A stretch of 62,960 nt of DNA, the filler included, from Octopus bimaculoides (lineage: Eukaryota): assembly GCF_001194135.2 (NCBI RefSeq). It is 6 parts of 6 records of this genome, joined end to end, with 100 filler letters (N's around TTAATTAATTAA, not from the genome) between each part and the next. Parts side by side here need not be neighbours in the genome. Positions count along the whole stretch, not along the records: positions 52,695 to 62,960 come from NC_068986.1; 5 more parts are not named here. One strand, written 5' to 3'. Every line of letters starts with the position of its first letter. Positions within the stretch are counted from its first letter, which is position 1. Made by a program: the position numbers and the translations under genes. Under the pieces are notes generated by a model. It worked only from the letters and a program-made list of their open reading frames with translations. It was not told where the DNA came from and made no database searches. This document shows positions 60,890-62,960 of this stretch, one piece after another.

Positions 60890-61658
60890 GTCATTGCTCA
60901 GTTTATTTCAAGATTTCTTACCAATAGAGAAAGAACCGGTTTCTAACCTAGATCCAAGGCTCTTTCATTGGCATTTCAACATCAACAGCGGGGTAATTTT
61001 GTTTGTATGTATGTATGTATGTATGTATGTATGTGTATGTATGGATGCATGATGCGTGTATGTATGTATGTATGTATGTATGTATGTATTATGTATGTAT
61101 GCATGTATGTATGTATGTATGCATGTATGTATGTATGTATGTATGTATGTATGTATGTATGTGTATGTATGTATGGATGCATGATGCACGCATGTATGTA
61201 TGTATGTATGTATGTATGTATGTGCGCAGTTCTGCATGTTTTATGTACGTATTCTCATGCATGTAGTTGCATATCTAGACATGTTCATATATATTTAAAT
61301 GATAAACTTCTGGAAAGCTTTACAAATATTTACAGTTCTAGTGATAGCTTGGATCTGTAGTCTTTGAATCAGCTTTCTTCTTCCTGGTTTGGAGAAGCCT
61401 GATTTCTCAAGATTGATATTTAGGCAACGTGTTATATATCCCAGGGCCCCAATAATTACAGGTATAAACCTGAACTTGTAATCTGGATAGAGTAGCTGCA
61501 GATTTCTCAATAGTTCAGCATAAGCGTTCTCTTTTTCACTGATATTCAGCTTTATGTTAACATCCGCTGAGCAGCTAATTTCCACAAATGTGCTCAGGTT
61601 CTCTTCTCTGTCCCAAAATCATATCAGATCCGTTGTGCTTAGATTTTATTGAGGTCTT
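60890..61658 (-). mobile_element. R4/Dong-like fragment E (RLE + complete 3'UTR)
   Basis: KTSIKSKHN...EISCSADVNIKLNISEKENAYAELLRNLQLLYPDYKFRFIPVIIGALGY...KAFQKFII*; 3'UTR identical in start to copy B, internal (TACA)n, then a distal motif GAGCCTTGGATCTAGGTTAGAAACCGG and another (CATA)n tail. Confidence 0.92.
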
Positions 61659-61767
61659 GTATGCATGTAGCATGCATGTATGTAGCATGTATGTATGCAT
61701 CAGCTTCAGTAATCCGAACGACAAATGTACCACTTTCATATTATCCGAACAAATTATCCGGATCCCT

Positions 61768-61831
<64 letters not shown>

Positions 61832-62166
61832 TAGCCACGCTGCGTCTAACCCAAATTATGGAACTGTCTTAAGATTTCTTCTATTGTTTACAATAATCAA
61901 AATTGAATTTAAATTCCTTTTGCTACACATCTCCAATATATTCCTCTCTATGAAACTATCAGCTGGTTTTTCCTTCCTATTTTATACCTCTTTGTCTGTA
62001 TTATGTTCCAATTGTTTATGTTTAATCTCTCCCTCTCTCTCTCACTCACTTTCTTTCTCTCTCTCATTACTTTCTCTCTCTCTTTTTCTTCCTCTATTTT
62101 TCTCCCTTTCTCTATATCTCTTCCCCTTACTCTCTTTCTCTGTGTCTCTCTCCCTTTCTCTCTCTC

Positions 62167-62215
<49 letters not shown>

Positions 62216-62819
62216 TATAAATATTGCGAACACTGTAATGTATTTTGTTTTAATTTAAACGCTTACCATTCTAATATATGTTCGTCACCCTGAAATGTAT
62301 TACAAAATACTGACATCAGTGTGTGTCGCGAAATGAAATTCTTCCGATTTTCGAATTTGTCCCTGTTAAACATAGTCTTATCTCTAGTCCAGAAGATAGA
62401 AATTGTTTGAAGTGAGAAGACAAGAATCAGCACCTGTCTCATAAATGTTGGCGACTGATAAGAAACTCTTCAAGTCATACAGAGAAGTTATTTTATATGA
62501 TAAATAGTTCACTTTCATATAATTAGCTCTGTCTCTAACAGCTAATCAACGCCAAGATGGTCTGATTGATTTGACCACAAAATCTTTTAGTGGCTGACAC
62601 ATTCCAACCTTTTAAGTCGAGGCACATCACTCTAATTTAATTTGGTTTCATCTCTTACTGAATTAAATCAATTTGCTTTTATTCCCAATTTCACCAACAA
62701 GTTTCGATTCGTCTAGCTTGAAATTCTCTTAAATTAAGATGGCGCATTTAAATTGTTTTCTTCTGCATTGGATAAATTCAAACGATTTTGTTTTTTTTTT
62801 TTTATTATATCATAATATA

Positions 62820-62960
<141 letters not shown>

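Larger units (their letters stand above)
59410..62778. repeat. 165-bp inverted repeat pair (59410-59574 and 62614-62778)
   Basis: Arms align at roughly 90% identity by eye; no TSD visible. Confidence 0.85.

Overview
Gapped, AT-rich eukaryotic (animal) DNA, almost entirely microsatellites and transposon relics. The SINE families and the density of (TA)n, (CA)n, (TACA)n and trinucleotide repeats point to an octopus or other coleoid cephalopod; this is inferred from remembered repeat families, not from a search. I recognise no intact protein-coding gene, rRNA, tRNA gene or CRISPR array. Nearly all ORFs in the supplied track are microsatellite or N-gap translations. Supported content: an internally deleted mariner with TIRs and TA TSD; a DD37D (maT)-like transposase relic; a rearranged Helitron; five fragments of an R4/Dong-like RLE retrotransposon tied to (TACA)n arrays; RTE and CR1-like LINE relics; at least four tRNA-derived SINE families, several with clean TSDs; and several MITE/foldback elements, one carrying TTAGGG telomeric repeats. 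The most notable unexplained signals are (1) several minimal hammerhead-ribozyme-like motifs of the Penelope type, some with atypical cores, (2) the (ACAT)n association of the R4/Dong-like family, and (3) a CpG-depleted block that coincides with one linker-bounded assembly unit. A few splice-site-bounded exon candidates are given at low confidence. Five 100-bp N/TTAATTAATTAA/N spacers are assembly linkers, so adjacency across them is unproven. All alignments and counts were done by eye.
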